The notes: generated by a model from the letters alone, not told the origin. Counted from the whole stretch's first letter, positions 13,075 through 25,842 are shown. The stretch is DNA of 49,142 nucleotides, filler included, from Sphacelaria rigidula (GCA_964200075.2; 3 parts of 3 records of this genome joined end to end with filler, not necessarily neighbours in it); one strand, 5' to 3'. Translations and numbers: made by a program.

Positions 13075-14135
13075 AATATTCTGCATGCTGCTTATGCCTA
13101 GTGTTCAACAACATTGCAGATAGTGTGAAGCTATGCTGGCAACACATGGGGCGTCAGACAGGCGGCACAGACCTCGAGCATGATACAAAAAAGTTATTCG
13201 CACTCACGTAATCTATAATTGAATTGCCATGTGTAATGAGGAAAAGTATGGACCAGTTCCACACACCTTCAGTGATAAATCAATGCACTGCAAGCTTAGT
13301 GAGATGCACAAGGTGCAATATGTCCGAGTAGAAAAAAACTGCAGATATGAGTTTCACACACGCACAGAGTCACGTGACCAATGGCCAACAGTATCAAACA
13401 GACAAAATGAGCTCGAAGGCTTGATATCTTGTATTTCTTCTCTCACTTGTTGTTCTCTTGCTCGCCTAGCGTACTGTCATCACCAAAGGTGAGCAGTAGG
13501 AGCAGATAATCCAGCCAGCTCACGGAGCAGCTCAAGAGTAAGCGAGGGTGCATGAGATACGTGTAACGCAACCTATCTGACCTCAGCCCGAGAAGGGGTT
13601 TTACCTTCTCGGGGCTAGGGTACACCAGTCTGCACACAGTCTGCACACCAACCTTCCCCAGAGCCATGGTAGTATTCCCATGGACAGATCGACTGTGAGT
13701 CAACCTGCCCTAAAACTGTCTGTAGGAACAAATAACGCCCCTCTATCTTCCTCATGACACATGACCAAAATGAGAGATGCTACGCGCCCCTTGAGCTTCG
13801 TTCGTGGAATCCTCCACGGGGAACTTCCAAACCCACATGGTTGACTTGTTGAGCTTTTCGGCTGCTCTGCGGACAGACACCCCCCTTCCCCCCACATCCT
13901 CTCTAAAACCACCCCCTCCGGCCACTGGAAATCCCTGAATGTTCCCTGACTGTCAGCCTGTGAAACCGTCCCGAGGCGACCCTCGCTGTCTGAGCGTGAA
14001 CGCAACGCGAGGGAGACGCGGACGATTAAACGATCCGAGTCTCGCCGTGATTTTTCAAAGGGAATGGCGAGACTACAGTAGATGGCTCATCCTTTCGGTC
14101 AAAGGGGTAAATCCTTCGCCTTCCGCAGGAATAGT

Positions 14136-15806
14136 CCAAGATTGTGTTCTGTAAGGTACGCGTACGTTGTGTAGGGTATGAGATTCCTTACAGAATTTAC
14201 AGAACTGTAGGGTACCGGTATGGAAGTCTTGCAGAAATTACAGGGCTTGTCAGGTACGGAATGGTTGGCTCACGGAAAACCCGTACCGGCAATCAGGTAA
14301 CTCTTTTAGGGCATACCCGCCCTTCGCGTCATGGTGAAGTGTTTGTATAAAACTCACAGAAACTGTCGGGTAGCGTGTGGAGGTTGCACAGAAAACTGTA
14401 CCCGAAAGCGGGTATCTCATCAAGGGCATACCCGTGCCCCCCGGTAACGGTACGGGAGGCTTACAGAACTCACAGAACGATCGGGTACGGGTATGAAGGT
14501 TTTTACAGAGATTACAGAACTGTCAGTTACCGGTATTTAAATCCTACAGAGTTTACAAAACTGTCGTGTACGGTAAATAGCCGGCAAAATACCCCGGGTG
14601 TACAGAAAACAGTACCCTACAGAACACGACCTTGGTATCATCATCACCCCTGTGTGGTGGGACCTACGTCACTACATGGAAGGCGAAATAGAGATGACAG
14701 TTCACGAAGACTCTGAACAGCCGTCACGAGGTCGATAAAGAAACACTACACGAACAATCGCAGTAGTACATGGATCGTCAACATCTATATTTTCACGTCC
14801 ACTTCCAGAGAGTACATGAAAGAGCATCCACGGCTGCCCGTTCTCTAAAAGCCGTTCGGCACGCGACAAATCGCCGACGGCCTCGACGACTTTCGGTGGC
14901 AGCTCATATACTCTGCACTGTACATCTCGAAAACGGCCCGGGGTTTGATGACCACGACACAACCACCATCAACGTCGATGACGTGCGTCTTGCTACTTGA
15001 TCCCTTGCTTGCGCAGATGAACCACCCCCGCTCGAGCCACCACTCGCGAGTCTGGGGGTGATCCATCCCGACGGTCTGCAAAACTGCTCATGTTTCGTGT
15101 TTCCACTCAGCGGTACCTCGTATCCTGTCAGATTTCAAACTAGAGAACTTTTCAACATAAAATTATTGTTGTTGTGCAGTTTTGAAAGACGAAGTTGGGT
15201 GGGTTGATCGATGGGAGGTACATGTTCAGGTCATGAAGTTGTGTTTGGATTAAAACTATATCCGTACCCCCCCAACGTATATACCTGTGCTCATACCTGC
15301 AATCGGGGATATCTGTAACGATATCCTCGAAACCCGGGTAGGTATGTGGGAGGCCTACAGAGCTCATAGAACTGTCGGGTACCGGTACTGGATGAAAGTC
15401 TTACAGAAATAATAGAACTTGTCGGGAACGGTATTGGAGGCTTACACAAAGCCGGTACCGGTAATCGGGTATTTCTTGCAGAGCATACCCGCGCTCCGGG
15501 TACGGGTGATAATTATGCACAAAACTCACAGAAACTGTCGGGTAGGGTATGGGGGTTGCACAGAAAACCGTACCCGCAATCAGGTATCTTATCAAGAGCG
15601 TACCCGTGCCCCAGTTTATGGTACGGGAGTCTTACGGAGATGACAAACTATCAGGCAAGTGTATGGAAGTCTTACAGAGATCAAATAAATGTCGGGTACC
15701 GGTATGAAATCTTACAGAAGTCACGGAACTACTGTCGGGTACGGTGAATACCCGGCAAAATATCACGGGTATACAAAAAATCGTGCCCTACAGAACACAA
15801 CCTTGG
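14136..15806. mobile_element. Composite non-autonomous TIR element, copy 2
   Basis: CCAAGATTGTGTTCTGTAAGGTAC left end, internal inverted end at 14635, final inverted end CTACAGAACACAACCTTGG at 15806; same cargo segment as copy 1. Confidence 0.75.
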
Positions 15807-15825
15807 GGAACAGTCCACACCCTGG

Positions 15826-15975
15826 ACAACATATGGTCAATAGATGCAAAAGACGAGAAGTGTATTGCATCAAGTATAGTCCTATTGCAATCATTGCCGG
15901 CCGACAATAGTCGCAATAGGACTATACTTGATGCAGTACTTTTCTTGTCTATTGCAACTATTGACCATATATTGT
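15826..15975. repeat. 150-bp loopless imperfect palindrome
   Basis: 75-bp arms meeting at 15900/15901, ungapped, about 11 mismatches; perfect core TGCATCAAGTATAGTCCTATTGC. Confidence 0.9.
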
Positions 15976-16315
15976 GCAAATTGTGGTAAAGTCTGTAGTA
16001 TCCGAAATCTCGAGGAATGAAATTGAAATCAACCCATCTCTCCCCGGGATGTGGCTGACATTTTTGGTGTCGTAGATTTGATCAACATTCCCACACGGTG
16101 TCGATTTTTGCCGAATTCTACAGTAGGCAAGACAAATGGGAGGGAAAATGCTAGGCGGTGACTGACGCAGCAGCACGGTTGCGGGTTATCATATCCTCCG
16201 GAGCTATCCCGTACGCTAAATTGCTCCAAAGAAAAAAGCCCTACGAGCTGGTCCAGCTGTAAAGAGAACATTTCCCGAGAACACCACAACTTCTCAGGTT
16301 TACCGAATCAGTGCG

Positions 16316-16415
16316 NNNNNNNNNNNNNNNNNNNNNNNNNNNNNNNNNNNNNNNNNNNNTTAATTAATTAANNNNNNNNNNNNNNNNNNNNNNNNNNNNN
16401 NNNNNNNNNNNNNNN
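16316..16415. other. Assembly gap with artificial six-frame stop linker
   Basis: 100 nt of N containing TTAATTAATTAA at 16360-16371. Confidence 0.95.
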
Positions 16416-16434
16416 CTGAGCGTGGGCGGGGGCC

Positions 16435-16466
<32 letters not shown>

Positions 16467-17129
16467 CGGGGGACGAGGGGCCGGCGGGAGGGAGTGGGAA
16501 GGCTTCGAAACATAAAAATACTCGTTTTTCTTTGCACTACGCGTGCAGTCCCATCCTCCTCGACACGTTGCACCATGTTGCCGCCGCTCACCGAATCGAC
16601 AGTCCACGGAATATCGTGCGGCCCGCGTGCAGATGAAAAACATCGAGAGCCCAGCCGAAAATACTGCCATCGGCTCGTGAAGAGTTTGCAGGGGCGGCGG
16701 GAGGGGGTGGGAATGCTTTGGGGGGGTGTACTCATGATCATGTTTTCTTTGGGGGGGGGGAAAGCTCAAAATTATCAACATGACGGAACCCTNNNNNNNN
16801 NGGGGTGGGATGGGGGTTAGGCGTGGGGGGGGGGGGGGGGATGAGTGTTGGGGGAAGGAGCCTCATTTTTGTGTGTGGGGGGGGGGGGGGGGGGAAAGCT
16901 CAAAATTATCAACATGACGGAACCCTACCGTACACTGGCTGTGATGTTTAGTCAAGTGAAACGGACGTGTTTCTAAAAGGTGAAATGCGTTACTTTTTCA
17001 GCGGCACGACGTACAGTTGTACTTCCATACATGAACAGCCCTCCCGGACCTTCTCTGAGCATGCGTACACGTCACACGTGATCGGCGGCAGATGTAGAGA
17101 ATCTCATGGGTCAACCACAGCGGAATCAC

Positions 17130-20100
17130 CTTGTGTAGACGCTCACGTCCGCAAAGAGCAGCCTCCGGCCGTCACTGTCGTGCACCCACAGCTTTTCCAG
17201 CGCACCAACTTCGTGTTCGGTCACCATACCGTCCTTTTTTCTGTCTTCTTCATCCCTGGCGGCAGTAAGGTGAGTTCCGCCCAGCGCTACTTTTGTACCG
17301 GCGTCGCGTGTCGCATCACTGGCACTTGACCTCGACACAGCCTCTACACGTTCATCTTTCGACGCTGAGACGTCGCTATCTATACCTTCCGTTGGAGATG
17401 GGGTACTGGGGGCGGCGGCAGCCTGGAGCGACGTGTGCTCGAGAGACGATCGATGAGTCCAGTTCTGCTGTGCCTGAGGAGCGAGACGCGGTATATCGCC
17501 GGGACTTGGTGTAGGTATCGGTCCACTCATGGCTGATAGTGGCGGACAGGAGCCAGCAGCAGCGGGGGGCGGCTTGAATATCTCGAGGTCCGCGGCGAGA
17601 GTGTTGACAAAACGGCCAACGTGTGAATTGTCCGCGAACAGCTGGCAACGAACGATACGAGAGAAGCATAGGTCAGACCAGAGCAGCGCGGGGGAACATA
17701 TTATTATCTCATCCGTTTGGTCTGCAAAGGTATGGGCAGGAGGGTATTCATGAATATCGCCAGATTCACGCAAAAAAGCGAGACCGTGTGTGTGGACCAT
17801 TTCAATCCTCAGTAATTCTTGTTGCTTTTGGTCTTTTGACACACATGTGCCCTTTTGTGAAGTTCCTCACATCTTTATCACAGCCACGGTTTCATGGGTT
17901 ACTGTAGACGACAAAATCTAACGTCCTAGCCATCACGCGCTACCGTTTTTGACACATTACAACCTTCGCCGCACTGTAGCGTAGCCAGGCACACTCAACG
18001 GTAAAGTCAAGTAGATGCACTCCTCATATCTTTGACACGAAGTATACCGAATCACCTGATCCCCTGGAAGGTGCACAATCAAGTGCCTGCTAAATTTCTT
18101 CGCAGTAGAAGAATCCAGATCCAAGAAATCTGTTTTTCCCACGCTGATGCCGAAATCTTGCTGCAGCTTCCCTGTGCACCATCGGGAGAACGACCGACGT
18201 ACGCAGCGTGGTTGAAACCAGCGGGAGTGACGAAAATTTCACATAGTCGGTCTGATGCACAGTGCTCACTCTACTTCGAGATACTCGAGGTGAACAACAA
18301 AACGGTGTACAAGTAAATGCGATTCAACAACAGCATCGGTCACACATTGGCGCTCGTCATGCGCAATAACCCCATGGGCCTCTTGTCGATGCATCTCTCA
18401 CCGGCCACCACATTGATCCACGCTCGCACAAGCGCCTCGCCGTCCAGGCCAACGTTGCAGGCACGCGTGAACTCCAAGTCGAAGTACATGCGGCATGGCA
18501 TCCCCTCTCTGATGATCTCGTACACGTGTTGCAGTGGCCAAGGAGCGGCTGCACGGGACACCAACGGCTTCACGCATCCCGCACGTTCATCGTTCTCCAG
18601 GGCCCCGGAAATCTGGGGCGTGGTAGCGTGTGTATTAGGGTCGCTGATGGGTGTTCCGCAATCTCGACTCTGTTGATCGTGTTGTGACGCGCGAGGTTTC
18701 TCCGAAACTTGGCGTAAAATGTCGCTATCAGGCCTTGCAACCCAGAGATATTGCTCCTCGAAACGCCAAAAGTCGCATACCAGGAACTTCCTGCGAGAGG
18801 GTAAGCAAGCGAAAATTCGCCCATGAAGTGTGAGTACGGGGGTGAACCAATTGTTTCAGCTGACCAGCGACGGGCACTGTACGTGGTCATTCATCTGTGA
18901 GTCTATGGCTGGTGTTGGTCGGAGAACGTATTTATTTCGTTGTCGTGACAGATGTCACCCTCAACGTGTAGGGTTGCGTGAATAAGCGCTTGTGTAGCCC
19001 ACAACAACAGAACCAACTGCGTGAAATGAGTAAAATTGCGATGCGTGTACGCCATTCTATGGTGTAGGAAGTACCATGTCTCAACACGTCGACCTGTCGA
19101 CGTTGTGGTCACACTCTCCGCAGCATGATCGCATACTTTGCAAGACTCGAGATGCACGGAGGATCGATATCCTCTGACCAAGTCATGAGTTGGAAAACAA
19201 ACCTGCTCCCTGTAGAGCTTGTTTCGAAGGAGAGGACTTTGTACCGAGCGGCTTCGTGGTGCGGAAGCCTAGCGCCGACCTCATCTACATACGCAAAGGC
19301 TTGCTCCTGTCGCCAGAAGACCCTAGCGGGGAGAGTGCAGACAAAAAGATTCAGGGAGGGCATCGATTGCGGGATTGAAAAAATAAAATTTAAAAAGGAA
19401 TAGGTTGACTCTTGAGAAGAGCGAGTGAGCTCTCGAGCGAACGAAAGTGACATGAACTGCCGAAACACTGGGAAGAAAAGCGAGGTCATACCAGACAAGA
19501 GGCACGATCGCGAAACAGATCATTGGAACTGGGGAAGGCTAGGCTTGGCGGTCTGCAATGCCACGGAGACGTTTTATCACGGATTCGCGTGGCAAGTAAA
19601 CTCACAACGTCGAGGGCACAGGCGCCGGGTGTTCGGTTCGTCTCACCTCAGCCCGGGAGACAGCAACTTCCCATAACCTCCTCTCGCGTTCGCTGAATCA
19701 CCAAACCTTGCTCTCCGAGATGCCTCTGCCGCGCTGGCCTGTGCAGCTCCGTTTTCCAGACACTCACGATAACGCTCATGCAGGGTCCGCCTCAGGGCTG
19801 CCCAAGAAGTGTTCGATTGTCTGTTCACCCGTGTTGGCATTGGCGGTGGCGTCTCTTGCGAACGTCCCCCGCCTGAATCCTTGCCGTCTATCCGTGGCCG
19901 CTTTCTCCCTTGCCCCGCACGTCGCTGCCCCTCCATCCCATACTCGACGTTGCTACCGGGATCATCCAGCGCAAGGACTACCAGCTCATCCTGTGGGGGT
20001 CTGCGGATGTTTGGCCGTCGCCGCCCGGCAGACGCTCGGCTCCGATTCGGTGGCGAAATCATCAACGGTCTGCATGACATGAGAAAATCAGAAGCTGTAG

Positions 20101-21083
20101 GGATGGTCGTGCTGTAGGGTGTATTTTCGGAGTACTTGTCGCGGCGTCTGCGGTACAACGGATGCCGGTTCAGATTCATTGGACGGACTATCTACACTTT
20201 GGCGTCCTTTGCCGCAGCAAACAGGCTCGGCATCAATAAAACATGGAAGACACTACTTTCTGCCCCACAATCAGGTTTCACTAGCAGTGTTCTGGGAGCG
20301 ACCACTGCTTGCACGACATACCTCCTCCACTCATCGTCAGGAACATCCTCCTCCTCTTTAGACGCCATCGTGGACTTGATGGCTCCGTTCTCGCAACCGC
20401 CATGGGTAGCTTCATCAACTCTCTCAGAGTTTCTCAAAGTCGGCATCTCCGGCGACGCCCCGGCGTCCGCATCACCCTGCAGCTGCCACTTCCCAGACGA
20501 TTCGACGGCCGCATGGCTCATCTGGATTTCTCGGTCAGCAGAATCAAGACGCCCCGCTCGCGCTGGTGGTCCCGGATGCAACACAACGGGCTGTTCCTCA
20601 GTGCTTCGGAAAGAAGGCGATCGAAGTGCTCCGACAGAGTCTACCGACTGAACACTGGCGTCTACAAGCAGCGCCAGTATTGGATCCGATATCTTTTTTT
20701 TGGACAATCTGTCGGGAGCCGACAAATTCCTGATTCCGGCGCTGGGTTCTTCGCTCGTGCCGGGTGCACCCTTATGCGGCGTTTGAAAGTCTACCGACGC
20801 CAGCTGTCTACGCTCTGGGGTTGCAGAAAGTGGGGATGCCGAATAGGCGTTGCAGTTGACGTCGTGAAACGCCTGCTCCTGCTGTTCACCGTGAATAGGG
20901 TCCAGTTTGCTGGAGAGGCAATCCGACGATTCACCACCACTCGGCGTCCGATGCACGCCGCTCATGATAATCGTGCACCCGATGCCTAACCCCAGCAGCA
21001 GTGTCGGTGAATCGTCAGCGACGGTCCCCCCACTTGCGCTCGTGGTTGTTGGCGTCCGATCGGCGCCGTGTGTCAAGAAAGTT
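17130..21083 (-). CDS. PRIMPOL: PrimPol (CCDC111) DNA primase-polymerase, partial; AEP domain with N-terminal extension
   Basis: Exons 21083-20322, 20069-19647, 19322-19203, 18790-18402, 18171-18056, 17641-17130 join in phase at GT-AG sites. Motifs: VFWRQEQAF, HVYEII..CRMYFDLEF (DxE), LDSSTAKKFSRHLI (SxH), FADNSHVGRF, LFADVSVYTR (motif III). The first two listed exons are low-complexity and less certain. 5' and 3' ends unresolved. Confidence 0.9.
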
Positions 21084-24000
21084 CTGCGCGCAAGATTCGC
21101 GACAAAGGGTACGACATCGCATGGGCATGCACAACGTTTGAGGTAAAACCAAAGGATTTGACCTTCTCACGATGCTACCTCAAGGGAACGACCGTCCAAC
21201 CGATCACATCACGCATGGGATCTTTCGTGACCCCGATGAAGGGGGAAACGCAGCGTATACTCTATCCTCGCTGTGGAACCACATGAGCGTGGACACCAAT
21301 GCATGAGTTACACCGTGCCTACACGGAGTAGTACAGTGGTACAGGACCGGAAGGACGAGGAACGCAGGAGCTAGTGACCCTAACCCTTGCGTGAGAGACG
21401 CAACACTTCAAGGCGTTCGTCTGAGGTATAAGAGAGTTGTTTGGTGGATGAAGAAAACATATTTTTCTTACAGTTTCAGCGTCAGAGGTTGCTTAGACAA
21501 CAAAACGAATCGTCAGAACCCCGTCGCGAAAAAAGTGTCAGCGCAACATGGAATGAAGTACGAATAGGCGGCTGGTGGTTTCTGTGTCAGGAAAACGCCC
21601 TGGGTCGTGGTAGCACCATGTCTTGGATGTGCACAAAGCTGTGCTCGCCTCGGCCAAGTTACGGAGAACCGATCATTTCAAGACACCACCCTCCCCAGCC
21701 CTTACACATAGAAACATCCATTCGCTGTACTACTCACTGTACACCAAACGCGGTCCCGGTTCACAGCTCACAGCATTTCAACTCCCCAATATTTAGGGCA
21801 CATCAGCGGCAACCAAGCCAACACCAAAGGTATCTTCAGTAACCAGGAATGCGTGAAAGGTTTCCATGCTCGCTACTATAGTGCTACGTTACCGAAGTTA
21901 TCCTCCCTCCACTGGCGCTGCACCAAGCACCATCATGCTGATCGAACCCCTCTCTGCCCTAGCTGAGGGGAGCCGATTCGTGCAAAAAATGTCATCGTGA
22001 GCAAAAAAGGCCGCCCCGTTGCCGAAAAATCCGGCTGCTCATTCTGTTGTGGGCGAAGCAGCACTACGAGTATTACTTTTTTTCTCTCGGAACCTTCCGC
22101 TGACAAAAAACATGCTGACGAGAAAAAACGCGTTTCCGACATATCTATTCGCGACGTGCGAAGTGGCTCACATTGCTTCTCGTGGGATCTTCATCGCACG
22201 AGCACCACCAGCTGCTTTCACGACCGCGCTAAGGATCACAAGTGCGCCATCCACCTGTTCCTGGGCGGTCACCATGAGTTCTCCCTGCTCGTGTGGTACA
22301 ACCGGGTCGCAGTATTACTTTCCGGAGTAAGCTGCGACATTTTCTGGAAACACATACTTGGAGAACGAGAGGAGATTGCAATACAAGTCACATTGATGCT
22401 ACTGTGGAGAGGGATCCACCGCGGGAGCTCAAGTTCACACGAACGGAAACAATCGTTGGCGAGCAAGATCAGAGATCGATTTCCCTACTGTGAAAAGCAC
22501 AAAACGGCTGGGGATCATCTTTCCTGTTTTGAAAGTGATGCGGAATTACCTGCATAATCCCCGTGCGGAGCGTCATGGATTCGTTCTCTTGCGCTCTGAG
22601 GCCCCCAACATCGCAGGTGGGCTTGTTCGAGATCTCTCGTAATTATGAACTTTCCGAAAACATGTGAAAAAAATGAGTGGGTTGAGGAAAGTCCAGAAGT
22701 CTCGTAAGCGAAAAAAACATGTTCTGAAATATGCAAAGATGCTCGTTTCAGGACATTGCGGTTGCTCTCAGCTACTTAAGTTGCTCTTGGTAAGCCTCTG
22801 GCCACAGCTATGGAACACGCCCACCCACGATGCTTGGGACCTCCGAGCATACGATAACGAATCCGAGCTTTCCGCCCCACTCTGGAATCATACTTTTCTC
22901 CCTGCTCTCACCAACAAAAACAAGAAACGTTAATTTTTTTGCAGCAACTGTTAACCATGGCTCAAAGTTCACACATGCGTGCGCGGTGGCTATGTGAACG
23001 ACTTCTATTCGTGACGTTTCGGTTTAGCACACTGGGTCGGGCATTATCGGGGACTTTCAGTTGCCTTCAAAATCGGGCTGCATGTTTCCTTATCTCCCGT
23101 TGCTCCGCTCGCACAAATGTACCGCATGTTACATCGTGCGTGGTGGTATGGTGTGTTCTACAACACTCGCTTGCATGGGCATGTTGTGCGCACCACGCAG
23201 TACTGCAGACCTGCACATGTATACTGTATATTGAAGCAAAACAGTACACAGCCACACAGTCGTGGCTTGCGTGCACCTACATCACCATAGGGGGTACATA
23301 CAGTGCTACGTGTTGTGCTGTACTACACTGCGCGTGGGAGGTGCGTGGTACAACAGACCAAACACGAGCAGACAATCCATCCAGAGATGTATGTTATCGG
23401 AACAAGCACCGGCAACCAACCAGTAAAACAAAGATTTCGACCAGAAACGTAACCGACCGCGATTGCCGCAAATTATTACCGTGGAGTACGACAAAATGAC
23501 ATGCTATAGGGCTGCGCTGGATGGGGTTCCCTCTCCGCGCCTCCTTCCCCCCGCCCACACACAGACACTGTATATCGGTCATGCTAGTATCCTCCCCCCT
23601 AGCCGAAGAGCAGAATAACGGTAAACCCTTTCAGAACCGGTGATGGAAAAGTGACGATTCACCATTGACGTTTTCTTGGGCAAGATATGGTTGTTCTTCT
23701 GCAACTGTTGATGATGCCGCTCACCGAAACGGTACGCCACTTCAAGTTCAAGTATACTAATGTGACAGGTCCGTGTACCGAACTCAAAGTGACGTTCTTC
23801 CAGTGACGAAAGCTCACATACGGGAGTTTGTAAATCGTTACTTTTCCATCAACAGTTCCAACAGGGTGAACAACGGTAGCTTGTCTTCTGCTTCTTGCCA
23901 TGCATATTTTGTGTATGTCTGTTATTTAGTAACCATTGTGCATTAGTTACATTGTACATATAGCTTGCATTGTGGTGGTATGCGACGATGAAACTAGTTG

Positions 24001-25068
24001 ATCCGTGCGCCAGTATTGAACGAAGCCGCCATCTCCGCTTGCCACGTAGCCATCCCAGGCGATGAAGGATCGGGCCTGACAGTCGTGCTCTCTCCCCTCT
24101 CTCCCCTCTTTCCCTCAACCCTCTACGGTTGTATAGTACGCACATTGTCAAATGGCAATACAAGTAATATATTTGATCAGGACGTGACCAAAGAAATACG
24201 ACAATATCATCACCTGGCCGACGCGATGCTACCGCGAGTTTTGTAACCGATTGATTACCCATTCCTGCTAACCGGTAACGTACATCACGTAATATATCCA
24301 CAGATATCTGTCTACTGTTGCAGACCACGAGGCAGCAAGCCACGGCGCGAGCAGTGCCCCTCAAACCGAGAACATTTCGGCTCCCGTTCTCTAGGCACAG
24401 CTGCAAGACATGCGTTGGCAACGTATGCGTTGATACTCCCTGATGCTCGTGTTTAAGGAAACAACGTGAAATTAGCCCAGAAACGGTGCAAGGCCAGCAT
24501 GTCCACGACTACCGGTGCTACGGAATTGACTTCCGCCGCTCACGGGTTGCTTTGCCCGTTGGGAGCATCCACATAGTAAAAACTGAACGCGTCCATACTT
24601 TCACATTCTCCTCCCCGGCTTTTTTATAACAAGTTACAATGTAAACAACATGCATTTTGGGTATAAAAGGTGATTTCATCCTACAGATACAGCAGACAGT
24701 GAACGCGGGATTATACCAATTGAGGATGGCCTCGTTTCTGAGGATGGACCTCGGCGACCTCTATACGATCGGAAACGTCAAAATGTACCCGAAAAAAAAG
24801 CACACGCACACTCCGGCCGTGATGTGTGGTCTCGCTGAAAAAAAAACGCGTAATATAAAATCCCGTTGTAAGGCCAACTCTAATGGAAGCCGTTCAAAAA
24901 TTATTTTGAAATAATTTCGTCGCCGTTTTTTGTTAGCCGCGATTTTGAACAGGGACAAAAACACACCATTAGGCTACTTCTTATGCACAAAAAAAACAGT
25001 GTAAGAAAACGCGTTTTCCGAAAACAGTACGTGATCAGACAATGTGTTCTATGATAAAAAAGAATCTG

Positions 25069-25144
25069 ATAACATTTTTCGACAGCCCAAAGTTATCAGG
25101 GAATCGTGATTTTTTTATAACCTTGGGCTGTCGAAAAATGTTAT
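25069..25144. repeat. Hairpin with about 28-bp arms
   Basis: ATAACATTTTTCGACAGCCCAAAGTTAT ... ATAACCTTGGGCTGTCGAAAAATGTTAT, one mismatch. Confidence 0.85.
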
Positions 25145-25384
25145 TGAAAAAGCGTTTAAAGTCTCATCGCCCGCCAACACACCCTACAGCCCACGACAGA
25201 ACCTGTGATGGCGTGGCTGCCATCACTACTGCTGTCACTGGTGCTCGCGGGCATTCAGCGTGTTGCATCATTGTCCTTGGCTCGCCAGTAGCGTGCTGGC
25301 CCTTTACCTCATGAAGATAGCACAGGGCAGGGCTGATGACGAGTGCTGTGCAGGCAGGACAGTCTGTATGTAGTCCGTACAATA

Positions 25385-25842
25385 TTGTAGCTCAGTTCAG
25401 ATCTGTGCACGCAGCGTGTTGTGAACAGTCGTCGCAATGCTTTACAGACTGCCTACGCACCCAAGCCTTGTAGAGACAGGACCGGACTGACAGCACACAC
25501 AAGGCTATAAGATAAGTAGTGCTACTACTGTAGTACATCCAATGCATACAATACAGCTCAGTCTGTACTGTCGTCTGTGCTGTCCGTACAAATGAAGACT
25601 ACGGTGCAGCGAAATTGCAGCTCAGTTCAGGTCTGTGCATGCAGCGTGTTGCGAACAGACGTCGCTATGCAGTACAGACTGCCTGCGCACCCAAGCCTTG
25701 TAGATACAGGACCGTACTGACAGTACACAAGACTATGAATAGTGCTACTGTTTTAGTACTACAGCCAATGCATACAATACAGCACTGCCTGTACTGCTGT
25801 CCGTGCTGTCCGTACAATCGAGTACTACGGTGTAGCGGAAAT
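25385..25842 (+). repeat. Tandem duplication, 2 x about 230 bp
   Basis: Units start TTGTAGCTCAGTTCAG (25385) and TTGCAGCTCAGTTCAG (25615) and align throughout. Confidence 0.85.

Larger units (their letters stand above)
10650..14107. mobile_element. Second, more decayed piggyBac-like element hosting nested insertions
   Basis: TCAA|CCCTTGGACAG...CGGTCAAAGGGG|TAAA; left and right subterminal sequences match those of 8025-9086. Confidence 0.5.

Noticed and set aside
10923..15806. Regularly recurring ACAGAACT/GTCGGGTACCGGTA units as a CRISPR-like array
   Set aside because: Units are degenerate and tandem with no unique spacers, bounded by TIRs, with no cas genes, in a eukaryotic context.
16360..16371. 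TTAATTAATTAA as a biological motif or piggyBac site
   Set aside because: Identical 12-mer centred in both 100-nt N gaps; an artificial contig linker.
16416..16926. Poly-G tracts, proline-rich ORFs and a duplicated GGAAAGCTCAAAATTATCAACATGACGGAACCCT
   Set aside because: Contig-edge, low-quality sequence around a small N gap; the duplication is probably an assembly overlap.
18781..18790. 10-nt micro-exon in PrimPol
   Set aside because: The frame stays open from 18790 to 18402 and encodes the expected LVxxxxxF segment, so one long exon is simpler.
20192..20194. In-frame TAG readthrough between two collinear ORFs
   Set aside because: A phase-compatible intron 20321-20070 (AG|GTATGT...TGCAG) removes the stop.
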